Shown: positions 10,401 to 24,225, counted from the stretch's first letter. The stretch: DNA of 64,000 bases from Mytilus californianus (GCF_021869535.1 NW_026262668.1:85932001-85996000); one strand, 5' to 3'. The notes: generated by a model from the sequence alone, not told the origin. Program-made: numbers and translations.

Positions 10401-11360
10401 GTTCTGGAAAAAAAAAGAAATGAATAAAATTTCAACAACTTATTCGGTGCGAAGTCAAATCAAAATTGATCATTGAAATAATCTGAAAAACAATTCATTT
10501 GTTAGTACCTAACTCTAACCAACTGTAAATTACTTGTTCCAAAGATAATAGTGTAATCTTCTTCTTCTTACGGAAGTCCACCCTATTTGTAGGGTCACCG
10601 CATTAAAAATATTTTAGTTCATATTTTTAAAAATGCATTACTTTAAATTTTTTTATTAGATTTAGATATTTTATCTGTGTTAGGGTAAAATATATTAAGG
10701 ATAAAAAGGATGAAAGGTAAAACTTGTATATGCACTGTACATAACAGACTGACATAAGCTCAAAACGTTATAATTCTTATATGATTTGCATATCTATAAA
10801 TACTTGAAACGGATTGGTTAATTAGAATTTTTTACCTTGGTTTACACTTCGATAAACCATGTTTCCGAAACTACTTTCGTACCATCTATTCATGCGCGAT
10901 ACACATGCATATGCAGGGAGTCCGGGATTTTCAGCAAATTGAGATTGAAAAACAAAAACATAACAGTTTTTTCTATTTCAATGCATATGTAACAAAAAAA
11001 AAAATATTGCATTAAAGCTCTGAAAATGCATAAAATTAAAGTTCATGAAAAATTCCGCGAAATTTCATGAATGATTTGGCGCATTTACGTCATGGCAAAA
11101 CACGACGTCATACAAATGAAAACTTTCAAGCGAAAGATTATTTCGTTACTTGTACGCTTCAAATTCGGATAATATCTCATTAAAATACAGTTTTTGAGGT
11201 AGGTGCTATTACATTTTAGATTCTGTTGCATTTATCGAACATTTACGGAGATTAGAAATTCAATATGGCGACTAACTCCTTAGTTGCGACATGTGCATTT
11301 GATGGTAGTAGCCATCAAACAAAAAATCTTAACTAAAAATCGCGAATGTTTGACTGAAGA

Positions 11361-11527
11361 ATTATAAGGATTAAACACATTTTTTCTAGAGGTTATTGAT
11401 GTGTAAACCGGGGCTCTTACTCACAAACTTAACATAAAAGTCCTTCGGACTTTTATTCAGTTTGTGAGTTAATCGCCCCGGTTTACACATCAATAACCTC
11501 TAGAAAAAATGTGTTTAATCCTATAAT
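11361..11527. mobile_element. Long terminal palindrome of a non-autonomous DNA element (body probably ~10870-11360)
   Basis: ~80-bp arms (GGATTAAACACATTTTTTCTAGAGGTTATTGATGTGTAAACCGGGG and its reverse complement) around ATAAAAGTCC-TTC-GGACTTTTAT. Confidence 0.75.
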
Positions 11528-11749
11528 ATTTCTAAAATGAATAAAACATTAATTACTGTGTTAAAAGTGTCCAATAGTTTACAATAAGTAATGTGATAAG
11601 GATTTTTTATTACAATAATGATAAAAAGTTCTAACAATGAAGTGGGGTTCCATACATTAAATATATTGTTAAGATTTAAAATCTTGTCAAGGAACCAAGT
11701 TATTTGTTTCTATTAATACATGTTGTTATATATGTGTAAAATAGGATGC

Positions 11750-14700
11750 AGGGGTCATATAGTTTATATATTCACTAACCAACAATAGGCTTAAGTCTCA
11801 GAGTATTCAGATATTATCCTTAATTATTTCTCTCTGAATTACTTCCATTCTCATGGCCGATAGTAGCCAGCTTTGTATAGGATCTTATAAGGTTCCAAGA
11901 GTCAAAAATTAATGTTCATTATATTTTACTGCAATAGTTCCGCTCTCTTGGTATGCAATGCATATACCCAGTCTTTGCATATCCTTTCTTTAGCAACTAG
12001 GTGAGTCAAGATATGCGACGTTTGCTGGAACAGTCGACTAGTAATTGAAGCAGATCGTCTTCAGATTCAACGATGTAGTTGTAGTTGATCTGAAGTTCAG
12101 CCATCAAATGTTTAAGTCTGATGTAGTGGATTTTTTTCACTGATTTAAGCCTTATTCAGTTAACAGGAAAGTGCCTTTAATCTTCTGTTCCTTCCATACA
12201 CAATTTGCACTCTGCAGATTTTGTAGAATTAGAGCGGTTGTTAATACTTTGAGTTTTATATGTCCCATATGGACTTTATTATTCATTTAGCAACATCTCG
12301 CTTGTTTTCTCTGATACTGCTCCAACATGTATTAGGTTTTCGCAAGATCCAATTGCTTACTTCCATATGATTCAGTGATGTTTTGGTTTCAGCTATCTCA
12401 GATCTTTTTGTTTTCCAAGTTGAATCTATCATGTCATGAGTCAGTTTTTCCAGTTTGTCTTTGGGTTTAAGTTATCTCATGTGCAGATGGTAATTCATAT
12501 GACATGAGAATATGATCTACTTTTATATACCAACTGTTTGAGTCGCCGTCTTTTGTTGCTTATTGTCTTATTCCTATTTTATGCTCAATTGAATTTGTAT
12601 CTTTTGAAACTCTAAGGAACAGAGAAATCATTGCTTTGTGGATAAGTTGTTCTACGGATTCTGCCCCAAGCAAGATATAGATTTCAGCATCTGTTGTCTG
12701 TTGTTTAAATGTATTTTTCTGAAAGTTTTCTAGTTTTAAAACGTCCGTCTTGGTGAAGTTAAGAATTTCAATACCATATAGAATTCTGGGTATTACTATG
12801 TTCGCCAAAGTTTGTACGATAACAATGGATTTATTCCGTTTATTCCATGTAGACCTTCTCCCATGAGTAAATACATAGCTGCTCTAGCAATAGAGATTCT
12901 CTTAACTACATTTGGGGTAATTAGGTCCTGTCTTTCAATACCAAGGTGCTCTATATATGTTCTGTTTTTCGCTTATTTTCTCGTTAAAAAGTTCAAGGTT
13001 ATGTTCTTTGTTCTTTTTGTTGATTAACAGTATTTCAGTCTTTTTATTATTGATCTTAACTCGATCATTTTTGGTACAGCTTTCAATGATGAGGAGTTGA
13101 GCTGATGCATCCTGTTCCGATGTTGCATATAGCATAATATCATCTCATTGATGGCTTTGGTAATTAAAAGAGCAACATTTATTGAGGGAGCACCTTTTGT
13201 GAAACCTTTTTGCAGTCTATTTTGTTATTTGTTTAAAGTGTCTTCAATTCTAGCTCTCAAACAGAGTTCTAAAACTTTACAAATGTTCTAGATGACTGTT
13301 ATTCCTATATAATTTGATAGTATTGTTGGATCCTTGTCTTTTTTATGGACTGAAGTTAGAAGTCCCTTTTTTTATAGCATCAGGCACATGTTTTGTATAG
13401 AAGATGTTATCAATGAGAGTTGTCAAGTAGTCAATTAAAGCTAAACCTCCGTATGTAAGATGTTCAGATGTTAAAGTCTACATCTCCAGATTTCCGTTAT
13501 TTTTTTAGTTGTGAAACCAGTTTAAATATCTCATTAGAGGTAACTGTATGAATGGTTATTTCTTCATTTTCACATATTTGACTTTTGTTTCTGCATCTAA
13601 GTTGACCGAGTTGTCATGTTCTTTGTTTTTGCTAAGTTTGCAAAATGTTCCTTAAATAGATCATTCATATCATCTGGGGTGGATGCTTCCTTGTCCGCCG
13701 TTTGTAGAGTGTGAGTGAATTGGGTGGAAGAGGATCTTTGAGTTTTTATTAATATAAAGAAAAGTTCGTCGTCCCTGTCAGATGCTCTCATAATTTCTTC
13801 ATGGAGTTGATTTCTTTTTTCAGCACTATGTTGTCTTTGTATTGATCTTACTGTACGTTTGGAATCAAGCCTATGTATGTTATATATATTATCTTTCGAA
13901 GGCGGTGATCCTTCTTTTTTTCCAGAGGTAGAAGGACTAATTTGATTTACCGACCGCATTAGCCAACTTTGGTGACCAACTTATCTTTTTCTTTCTGCTA
14001 AACTTTGATTTCCTTCGAGGATAACATGTTTCTAGTGCATTGTTCAAACCAGTAAGTAATTGGTTTGTAGCTTGATCTATTCCATAAGGTGTTCTCATGT
14101 TTAGATATTTTCTATCTTTTAGTTCTTCCTGCACTTTTAGTGCATAGTTATCTTTATTTACTTTTCCCCAGTTAATTTTGGTACAGGTATTTTCTCTGTA
14201 CTGTTTCTGGTTGGTCCTTAGTTCTATACAAAGATCCACAGAACAGGACAATGGTCACAGGTGTTGTGACCTACACTTAGGATCTTGACCTGAATAAGTT
14301 CCCTTAGTCTTTTAATTTTATCATTCTCAATAGATTTGACCAATATGTAGTCAATTTGTGATCTAGATTCTCCTTGAACATATGTGTGATCAGTTGGATA
14401 TTTGAATGGAAGTTCTATTTGGTTCTCTTTGCAAAACTGTTCATCTTAGAAGTCCTTGTAATGTCTAATGAACGAAGCGTTACAGTCCCCTGCAATAACA
14501 ATTGAGTGGGTTTCTTGGTACTTAAGGATAATTTCTTTAAGAGTGTTTAAGGATGCTCTTTAAGTATCATGTCCTTTATCCGTATCTCTAGAAGGAAGAT
14601 TTACATTAATAAGCAGGTTGGATTTCCGACTGTTGATAATTCAATAGCTTGAATTCTGTTTTTATTTTTGTCTGGAAGTTGGGAAAACATTGAAAACATA

Positions 14701-15950
14701 AACTTTCTGTTTAAGGTTGCAATACCACCGTGTCCTCTTGGTCTACCAATTTGGGACATTGGTTTATCATTATCAATATGTCTAGAAAATGTAATAAAGT
14801 CTGAATGATGTTGTTTCAAAAGTTTCTTTTTCGGAGCAAAAATATGAATCTGAGAGCTTGGAGTTTTTTTTTCATGAGCTCTTGTATTTGTAGGTTGTTT
14901 GATACTATACAAATTTGAATGCACATGGTCTTGATGGTTGGAATTTGGGACGTGATCAGATACCAGTTACTTGTGAAGATTTTCTAAGTTCGTTGTTGAT
15001 GGGAACTGTTTTTACTATAGCATCTGGTAAATTCAGAGTGTTACCAATTTGTTCAATGCTTTGGTTGTTTATTTCTAGTTCACATATGGATAGGTCTTTT
15101 GGTGATGAGTTACACTGCATTCACTGGGATCGTTCTAGAGTTTCCAAGCTGACTGATTTGCAAAAGTCTGATGTAATGTTTTGGCAATGAAAATGGAATT
15201 TTTCGTCACATACGACGCAGATGATGAAATCATAGTTGACTATATTTTGTGCACATTAAGGACAAGTTGGATTGACCTGAGAGTGGCTAATTTTTGTTGC
15301 TGAAGAATCCACTGCTTTGAGGTTTTGGATTGTGCTTTGAGCAACATTGTCGATTCGGCACGTGTACCATTACTGAGTCGAGAGTTGAAATCTTATCTGA
15401 TTGTAAAGATTTGTTTGCCGATTTGTCCGCCAAAAATGAGTTACACGAATCTTGTATAATGGAATTCATTTTGTCCAGGAGACCTGTAGAGGGAAGAGTC
15501 TGTAGAATTTTGTGTAGATCTTTTCTGATAAAATCTCCTATATCTCTACCGTTTGCTTCTACTGAAAAGGCAGTTTTATACATGTTGATTCTGTAGACTT
15601 GTCTCCTTCCGATTCCAGAGGTGGTGATTGGTTTTAAACTGAGAGATTCTTCAACTACAAGATGTTTTTTGTCCTTTTTAAGATGAGAAATAGCGGTAAG
15701 CTTTGTCGAGTTTTCATAAAATGACAGGGTGTGTTTATGAAACATCAAATAAGCAGCAGGAGTAAAGTTCATAACCAAATTCCCTTTTTTGAATTCAGTT
15801 TCGGTAAAAGTTGTATTTCCTTGTTGTGTTCTATTTGGTGTGACATTAGTAGTAGGTTGTACTAGTTCATTGGTCTTCAGTCGTGCCTTGTTTTTTTGCA
15901 ACAGCTAGGCTGGGTGTATATCTGTATGGTGTAATCTTCTCTCTATGTGA
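11750..15950 (-). mobile_element. Decayed non-LTR retrotransposon (APE-RT LINE, probably CR1/L2 group), many stops and frameshifts, internal RT deletion
   Basis: ORF1 remnant at 15287-15901. APE motifs GHGGIA, AGDCNAS, SQIDYIL, CDHCPV (~14250-14920). RT pieces VHKKDKDP..NYIGITV, QKGFTKG, INNKKTEIL, PRILYGIE (~12560-13370). Boundaries are approximate. Confidence 0.85.
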
Positions 15951-16879
15951 CCTTCTTGGTGAAGCCATTATACTTTTACTAGGGACAGCAAAGCAGTCTT
16001 TACTATTTATAGACTATTAAATGATATATTGTTGTTATCCTATGCTAATAATCCTATCTAAGTCCTATATAAGGTGTTGGGTTGTGGACAACAAAACAGT
16101 TTTTACTATCACAGGTTTGGTTTGAATATTTGACTGAAATTGTATGATTTGGTGTTTTTTTAATTGTGAAGAATGAATGAAATCATGTTTTTAATAAGGG
16201 ATTATCCTATTGTTAAGCCTACTTAATTAAAGATTTAAATAATTCAAGAAATACTGTGCGGAATAAAATCGGCCGCATGTGGTATTGGTTTTGCTCATTA
16301 TTGAAAGTTGTACGGTCACCTCTGGGTGCCTACACCCACATTGTTTACACAGTTGAATTGTCTCATAGGCAATCAGTCCACATCTCATTTATTCTAATCA
16401 AAGATTTAAATAATTCAAGAAATACTATGTGGAATAATATTGGCCGCAGGAAAAAACAGAAAACGAGGTCTGGCAAGACGATACAAATCGCCGGCATTTG
16501 TAATATTGGCAAGTAGGTGCTCTTCTGATAACAGAAGTAACAAAAGTTCCTCTAATGGAGTGAACGAGGAGCACGACCCCCCACTGACGCTAGGCTATAA
16601 CCTAAATAACGCTTCCCCGGTACTCGGAGGATAAAATAATCCAAAACTTTTACCAGTAATGAACCGGTCGCTCTGGTAAACAAGAGAAAACCATTTATAA
16701 AAAACACAACTTCGCTGTGGTACCACAGGAAAATATTGTAGCATATGGTCTAATGTAGAATTATAGGGTCATGACCCCCTGTCATCTTGCCAGATCCCGC
16801 AAAAATGAGTAGGTCTATACACACTCATCCCCAACAAAACGAGTTTACTACATGGTAGATGGTACTGACTTACAATAAT

Positions 16880-17480
16880 GCTGATCAATTAAAAAATACT
16901 CGACGAACAGAGTTTCCAAATCTGAACTCAGACTCAAGCTCCTTGTACATTGTTCAAGAAAGCAGCATTACCTTTGACTGACAAGTGCACTCCATCATTC
17001 CTGAGCCGCTGAACAAATCTCTTTCTTGAGCTGTTATATTAGAATGGCAAATGACAAGGCCATGATTTATTTTATCTTTAATAATAATACGATCAACTAG
17101 ATTAACTCTTTTGAGTTGCATTGATAGCCACCTGATTATCTGCCAAGTGCCAATAGCTACGGGGCAATGTCACTCCAAACCAAGGAGAAATTTGGCATTA
17201 ACCTGTGTAAACGAATAATATCTTACCTTATTTGCTCCATAAACGCCTTTCTTTTGATCAGATCTTAATCGTGTGAACCTAAATGATTTGAGGAGGCGAA
17301 TAGTTTAAGATTCTCTTCAACTGAAAGTACCAAACAAAATTTCCATTTCATCCCTCTCTGGCAATACAAATGAAAAACCTAACCTTTCGACTGTATTCCA
17401 AGTTTTGAACCGCTAAATCTTCTCTAAACATTTCTAGCCGTCCGATAAACAATATATGATCTCATGACCTAAATACGACA
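16880..17480 (-). pseudogene. Decayed SGNH hydrolase of the second Ngaro element
   Basis: Translated fragments I*VMRSYIVYRTA, QRGMKW, HLGSHD, LVWSDI and RNDGVHLSVKGNAAFLNNVQG. Confidence 0.75.
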
Positions 17481-17502
17481 GTGTTCAGTTCTACAATGAT
17501 AC

Positions 17503-18618
17503 CAAATGTAAAACAAATGTCTCACCTGCTTTACTTACCACTGATATTATGTTAATAGTTTTAAATTTTAAGCTTTGCTACAACTATCATAACAATTTAA
17601 CATGATCCAATAAAATGAAGTCGAGGTCAAATAAACCGAATTGGAAATATATGTACACCTTTCAACCATTCCATACACCAAATATGCTTTAAATATAATT
17701 GACCTATTGTGCATCGAAGAAACAAAGTTAACCAGGAAAACTTAACATTAATCAATGAATCCTGAAAATGAGGCCAAGGTAAGATGAACCCTGCCAGACT
17801 GACATGTACACCTTACAATCATAACATGCTTTAAATAAAGTTGACATTTTACATAAAATATTCAAGAGAAACACTAAACAAAAAAAACTTAAGATTGACT
17901 AATGAACCATGAAAATGAGGTCATGGTCAGATGATAATTTCCAGACAGACATATACACCTTACAATCATTCCATACACCAAATATAGTTGACCGTTTGCT
18001 AATAATATAAGAAAAACAGACCAAAAACTAAAATTAACATTAAGCAATGAACCGTCAAAATGAGGTCAAGGTCAAATAAAACATGCCCGATTGACATGTA
18101 AATCGAAAAATAATTTCATACACCAAATATAGTTGACCTATTGCATACAGTATAACAGACAAAAACTTAACTTTAACCACTGAACCATGAAAATTAGGTT
18201 AAGGTCAACTGACACCTGCAAGATGGACAAGTTCATCTTACAGTCATTCCATACACCAAATATAGTAGATCTATTGCTTCTAGTATATGAGATATGGACT
18301 TAACCACGATGTCTGACGGGCATGAGGACCTTTCAAGGTACGCACATACCTAATAAGAGAAATATTAAGAATACTAAACATCTTAACTATTTTTTATCAA
18401 GTAGTCACTGAACCATGAAAATGAGATCAAGGACAATGGACACATGACAGACGGAAACTTCATAACATAAGACATCTATATACAAAGTATGAAGGATCCA
18501 GGTCTTCTACCTTCTGAAATATTAAGCTCTTAAGAGGAAAGCTAAAACCGCCGCTGCCGCCGGATCACTATCCCTATCTCAAGCTTTCTGCGACAAAAGT
18601 CGCAGGCTCGACAAAAAT
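17503..18618 (+). mobile_element. Non-autonomous Helentron-like (HINE/pearl-type) element carrying a ~145-155 bp satellite array
   Basis: About 5 units with AAAATGAGGTCAAGGTC...ATACACCAAATATAGTTGACC, a short GCC microsatellite, a 3' hairpin CTGCGAC-AAAA-GTCGCAG and an ACAAAAA end. Confidence 0.75.
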
Positions 18619-18956
18619 GTAGTTTTGCTTAAAGTTGATACAAAACATATAGAATATATTTTTCATGCTCTTCATATCTATTATAATTTATCAAATACGA
18701 ATGTAGCTCGTGTATGCACCAGACACCCAACTTTAATTTCATTATCCGACACCCCATTCTGCTCAAATGCGATGCTCCATCTATAATTCTTAACGAAAGT
18801 GCAAGTGTTTGGTCTTTAACGCCACAAAAAGGGAGGGGATTTCTTAAGTATGGAAATAAACTAAAAAAAAAACGAGTCAAAGGAGACCAATTTAAAATGT
18901 AAAACAAGGGGTTTTTCTGTAAAAGGGTATTTAATTTAAAAAGGCAAGTAACATGC

Positions 18957-19208
18957 TCATAGGACAAAGATCTGCCTCCCCTTGAGGAATAATAAAGTCG
19001 TAGAGATACCTCTTTGGTCAGCTTTCAAACTGCGAATCTGCAAATGCAATTTATATGTATTATGTGAAATATTAAATGACAAATCGTTAATAAAAAATTG
19101 GTTGGACTCCAATATCATATTCGTCACGACCGTGAGCTCACCTGATTGTATAATCTTGCGCAAAATTTCTGAAGTAACAGAATTTATTCGAAATTGATGT
19201 ACACACAC
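18957..19208 (-). pseudogene. Tyrosine recombinase fragment
   Basis: LHLQIRSLKADQRG resembles the LxIRxSKTDQxG motif of retroelement YRs. Confidence 0.6.
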
Positions 19209-19379
19209 TGTAACTGATTGGTTGTCAATTTAAACCATAACTTAATCGGCCCCACAATTAAATAGCAACAACGACTGAGAAAAATTGCAAAAAACGGAAT
19301 GTCCCTCAAAACACTAATCTGACTCCACTCCAGAGGCCGTTAGGACTGTTCGCTTGAATTCTGCTAGGATCGAAATCCG

Positions 19380-20286
19380 AGACCTGACAGTCTTGATAAT
19401 TCAAGAAGGGACTAGAAGTATTGCTCATGGCTAAACAGACAATGACTGATTTAGAAGCCGCCATTCGAATGCTTTGCATATATTTTAAATACTCTAGGGC
19501 TTTTGACGGCCATTTTCAAAAATAATTGCCATGTAAATCATAAAGGCAGAAGTCCAAGTTTCTATATAGCTTAAAGAAACTGGTTTCTCATTATACACTG
19601 TAAGATCACCTCCTTTCAAAACACAATCACCATCCAAGTAGGAATCGGAAGCCAATCTTTAGCCGATTTTGACAATAGTCAATACTTCTTAATAAATAAA
19701 TTCTCCAAGCCAATTTTTCCTTAATTATTCCCGGGATATGAGCCCCAATTGGATCAAATATACTAGGAATGCTTTTCGGAACGTGACTTACTACTGTTGG
19801 GAAAAGTTCCAACTGGTCAAGTGCGAAACTGTATTTAGCAACTCGAGCCTCTTATTTTGATTAAAAAGGGAGGGGGGGTGAATTATTGATTTCCTGTAAG
19901 GATATACATACCATTATTTTTGCTGAATCGGCGGATCAATCTCGTCTTGAGAAAATATTCTTTTATCGCTAGCAACTGCTCTACTGCGAATCACTGTAGT
20001 GACATCTAGGAATTCTGTGTACTAAGAATTTATCCTCGACATGAGATCTCACAATTTGGCCCCTGTCCTGGATTGACTCCTGTTTCTGGGTGAAACTCCG
20101 CATGATCAGTTTGGTTTTGAATGGAAGCAATACACTCAGTTCTGCTTGTATTCCAGCGCTACCTTGGGTAGAAGAAGTAGCCTCTACATCAATGTTCTGA
20201 TTCGCACGAGGTGCCACGCGGCTTTTGTCTATTACTATCAACATTTAGTCTTTTTCGCTTCGAAGTTGCCTTTTTTCCTAAGTCAT
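19380..20286 (-). pseudogene. Decayed Ngaro gag
   Basis: PIGAHIPGIIKEK (compare GRNIPDKIKQQIW in the first gag), IETWTSAFMIYMAI and a basic N-terminus at 20286; frameshifted. Confidence 0.7.
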
Positions 20287-21150
20287 ACCGTAAATTAATA
20301 TTCATTTGTCTATTTTTCTTTTGAGGCTTTATCACTGTTGAGGATAGAACTGGATTGTTGAAAAACTTTGAGCAAGCTTCTTTATCGAACGTTAGAAAAT
20401 TCTAAACGTGACGTATGATAGTGCCGTCACACAGTGAAAAGATCACAGACACGGCAAGGTTCAGGATACGGAAAGAGAGGGACTCAAGAACAAATACGGA
20501 ATTTAAACATTTATTAAAACTGTATTATCAGTAAACTGATAACATTATAACAGTTCAAAACAAAGAGTTTCTATGAATGAGTTACAACTACCCTGAAGCA
20601 CATTTATCAGCTTGAAAGAATTTGTGAATGATACTGACTAAAAGTTGAATTTTGGAACAAACAAACAAAAATCAAAATAAGAATGATGAAGTTTACTGGT
20701 GCAATAACCTTGGTACCGTTAACGTTATTTTGAGAATACTAATAACTTCAAATTACTAAAAAGATAAACAATTCAAAGCAATGCAAAAAAAAAAAAGAAA
20801 AGAAAAAAAAGTTTTGAAATTAAATATAACCTAAATCTTTAGCTTATACTCTTTCAAAAACTCAGATTACTGGATTCGCGGTTGGTGAGAATAGTAATTT
20901 CCAATATTCTGATAAAATAAAAAAAAAAAGGAATTTAGGTTAACTTTTGAATATATTTTAAACTTTTATAGGCAACTATTGTATTTGAACATTAATTTCC
21001 ATGACACAATGAAGTAGTATTTGATGTAAAGGGCTGGACTAAAATATTTGCTGTAAAATAAAATTTAGTTGTAACTCAAATTTTGAATTATTGATTTGAA
21101 CTTTAAATAAACTAAAAGATAATTCTTGCTAAAATATTCGTCCGTTTACA

Positions 21151-22130
21151 TTTACGCCAAACATTTGTCATTTTAAACTGAAAAATAGATTTTGCAAATT
21201 GCTCTGCAACTTTTGAAGTTAATTGGTTTGAAAAATGTAACATAAATCTTTTGAAATCACTTTTGAAAAATCATTTTCTTAATGAGATTTGAAATTTGTA
21301 ATTTTCATGAGATTACATTTTTTTATTTCACGAGAATATTAAAAAAAAATAATAAGTTTGTGTTAAAAATGATTTAATTATCAACAGTTTGAATAAATTA
21401 TAACATTTGCATATGCTTGTTTTAGAAATAAAAACATATTCCAATCTAATTCTAAAGAGCAAATATTGAAATTGCTAATCTTAAGCATTTTTCATTTTGA
21501 CTTTCGATATTAAAAAATGAAAAATGCTCTAACGTGGAGCATTTTTCAATTTGACTTTAAATGTTGAAAAATGAAAAATGCTCTTACGTGGAGCATTTAT
21601 CATTTTGACCTTAAATATTGAAAAATGAAAAATGCTCCAACGTAGAGCATTTTTCAATTTGACTTTTAATATTTAAAAATGAAAAATGTTCTAAAATGGA
21701 GCATTTTTCATTTTGACATTATAAATTGGAAAATGAAAAATGGTCTAATGTAGAGCATTTTTCATTTTACGTTGCAATATTAAAATTTGAAAAATGATCC
21801 AATCTGCATCATTTTTTTGATTTTTAGTAAGTAGAACAAAATGAAATTTGTTTCAATAAAGGTGTTTTAAATTTTCAAATTGTCGACACTGTTTCTAAAT
21901 GTTTCACTGTTTCTTTTTTTCTTTTTACTTGTTTTAAGCAAAAATATCTTGAAGAACTTGTTAATGATGTATACGTGTGCACTGTGTGTGGTATCATCTA
22001 ATTCCGAACATGAGTAGTATACTGAAAAGTACGATAATGACCAAAAAGATGTGAAGTTTTATTAAGTAGTTTACCCGCAGAACACACGATTATATACCTA
22101 CATGTGTGTGGAACATGCCAAATATCCGTA
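21151..22130. repeat. ~980-bp repeat with internal ~42-bp AAAATGAAAAATGCTC subrepeats; inverted copy at 29396-30330
   Basis: Reverse-complement similarity throughout; both copies end at the same points (TTTACGCCAAAC outer end, AATATCCGTA inner end). Confidence 0.9.
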
Positions 22131-22199
22131 ACATATAGTAACATAACAAATGGTAACACATGGTTTACACAACTAATTTTTTTTTTTTTTTACTGACTC

Positions 22200-22560
22200 G
22201 TTGTCATTAGTGGGTGCTCCCCCTGAGTGCGGGAGGTAATGGGTTTGTATCAGACGCGGTCAAACCAAATATTTGAAAATACATATTTGCTGCTTTTCCG
22301 CTAGGCTCTGTGCATTTAGGAGTAAGAACAAAGACTAGTCGACGCGGAGGCAGAATAATGTGTCGGCGTAGGCTGACATGTCTACCTATGGACTGTTCCC
22401 TTGTGAAAGAGCACTTTAGGAATCAGGCTCAGTGTGTCGTCTAGTACAAAGTAGGGTTTAAATTATGGTCATATGTTCTCGTCTTGAATATGCATTTAAT
22501 TTGCCATTTGACCTTAAACGGCCATTCGTCATCATCACCATAACTTTTTGTTGATGTTTG
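22200..22560 (+). mobile_element. Degenerate tRNA-derived SINE (SINE2), probably with a Meta/MESC-type core
   Basis: Decayed tRNA-like head, then GGTCAAACCAAA...TATTTGCTGCTTTTCCGCTAGG...GGAGTAAGAACAAAGAC...AATAATGTGTC, and a CAT-repeat tail. The core assignment is from memory. Confidence 0.7.
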
Positions 22561-24225
22561 ATAACAAAAGTCTTAACTATCATATAAACACGAACACGGC
22601 ATCATTGCTACTCCATTTAGTCATATTTCGCCTATTGTTGCACGTAAAAATATTTTCAGGAACATGAGCTCACTATTTGAACGCTCACATACGAAACTGG
22701 TGACTATCGTGGAGACCATTTAAGAATGACAACGATACCTTTGGATGATCAAACTTGATGCATTTCTAAATTCTTTCAGTTTCTGACCTTTGGGAATTAT
22801 GTTTCTTTAACATTTTGCAAGAAATACAATCACATTAAAACTTCGGAAATAAGCCAACTTGTCGTAACAAGATCCAGAACTGTTTTAGGTTTTCGAGCCA
22901 TGACATGCAAGGTCTATACTCGGGGGAGGGGGCACTTACTATATCATGTATGGTAGGGATTGCTGGAATAGGTCACTTTTTCAGCTTCCGGATATGGATT
23001 AGACTGAAAAGTGCATTTTGTGTTTGTAGAAGTGTGTGTGTTGGGGGAGGGTTGAAATTTAGTAGGCACTGTATTCCAATTTATGAATTCAAGCAAACCA
23101 AACAAAAAATCCAATAGACTTTGGATTTTTAATTTCGCAAAAAGTCAATAGATGTCCATGTATGTTAATCTTTTTTGTTAGGTTGCTGACCCTGATTATC
23201 TCCTTATGCATATCTTAAATATAAGTATACTATAAGGTTTGGTTCCTTCCTCCTCCGACTTGCTTTTAAAATTAGATCTATTTAAAACTTATCAAAAAAG
23301 AACAAATAGGTTTCCGCTGTGAAATTTTATTGAAAATAGCAACCAACGCATACTGGATACACATCAAGGATCAAATCAGTATAGAATTATATTCACTTAA
23401 ACTTCTTCAGTCTCGTATTGGGGAAAGGTAACTGTTTTATACACAATCACGACAGACCGACATTCGAACATTCAATGAACGCATTTAATTTATCTAGTCT
23501 TCAGACAGTTCAAAACACATTTAATTATTTTCTGATGTCCTATCCGACCCACTTTGCCCACATAACCTAGCCCATTGCTTTAATCTTAAATACTAGTATG
23601 TTAACGCCTTAAATGTGGCTGAAATGTTTACCACTCGACTTGATAAAGCAACTGATAGTACTGTAGTCTTGAGATTGCAATCTGTATGATTTATTCGCCA
23701 GCCATCAGATGTTATGTCCACCAGAGTAAACAGTACGTCAGTACTTTGATTGGTTTTCCTCTCATGCATTCACACCTTGTTATCAAATTCCTTATTTTGA
23801 GATGTCCTAGATAAGCTTAATTAATTTGAAAATCAGATGTCTCTGTGATTTCATCAGATCTTTTGTTTACTCTCAGATTGGTAAATTTACCGGCATGATA
23901 TATTTTATAACCCAACCAGTTTGGGGTTTTTTTTGTGTCGTTTGGTTGCTTACGTACTTTTGTATACCTCACATTTCATTTAATTCATACATGCCATCAC
24001 AAATGACAAGTGTGGTTTCTGGTTTTGGCACTCTCATGAACATGAAAAGTAAAAAGTAATTAAAAGGAATATTGAGGTGCATTATAGTTTATCCGCCTTT
24101 CAAATATTTCCCCCAAATTGTGTATCAACTAAAACATTATTAATATTTTTCATAATTTAATAAATATTCATTACCCAAGAACATGAAGAAAGTAACAAAA
24201 AAATATAAACTGCTGGTTCATAAGT

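Larger units (their letters stand above)
16540..20290 (-). mobile_element. Second Ngaro-like YR retrotransposon relic (gag - YR fragment - SGNH), RT/RNaseH deleted
   Basis: Decayed gag, YR and SGNH fragments in canonical Ngaro order, interrupted by the 17.5-18.6 kb insertion. Confidence 0.75.

Noticed and set aside
23600-23800. ITSDGW peptide on the minus strand as a hAT transposase relic
   Set aside because: A single short motif with no supporting flanking similarity.
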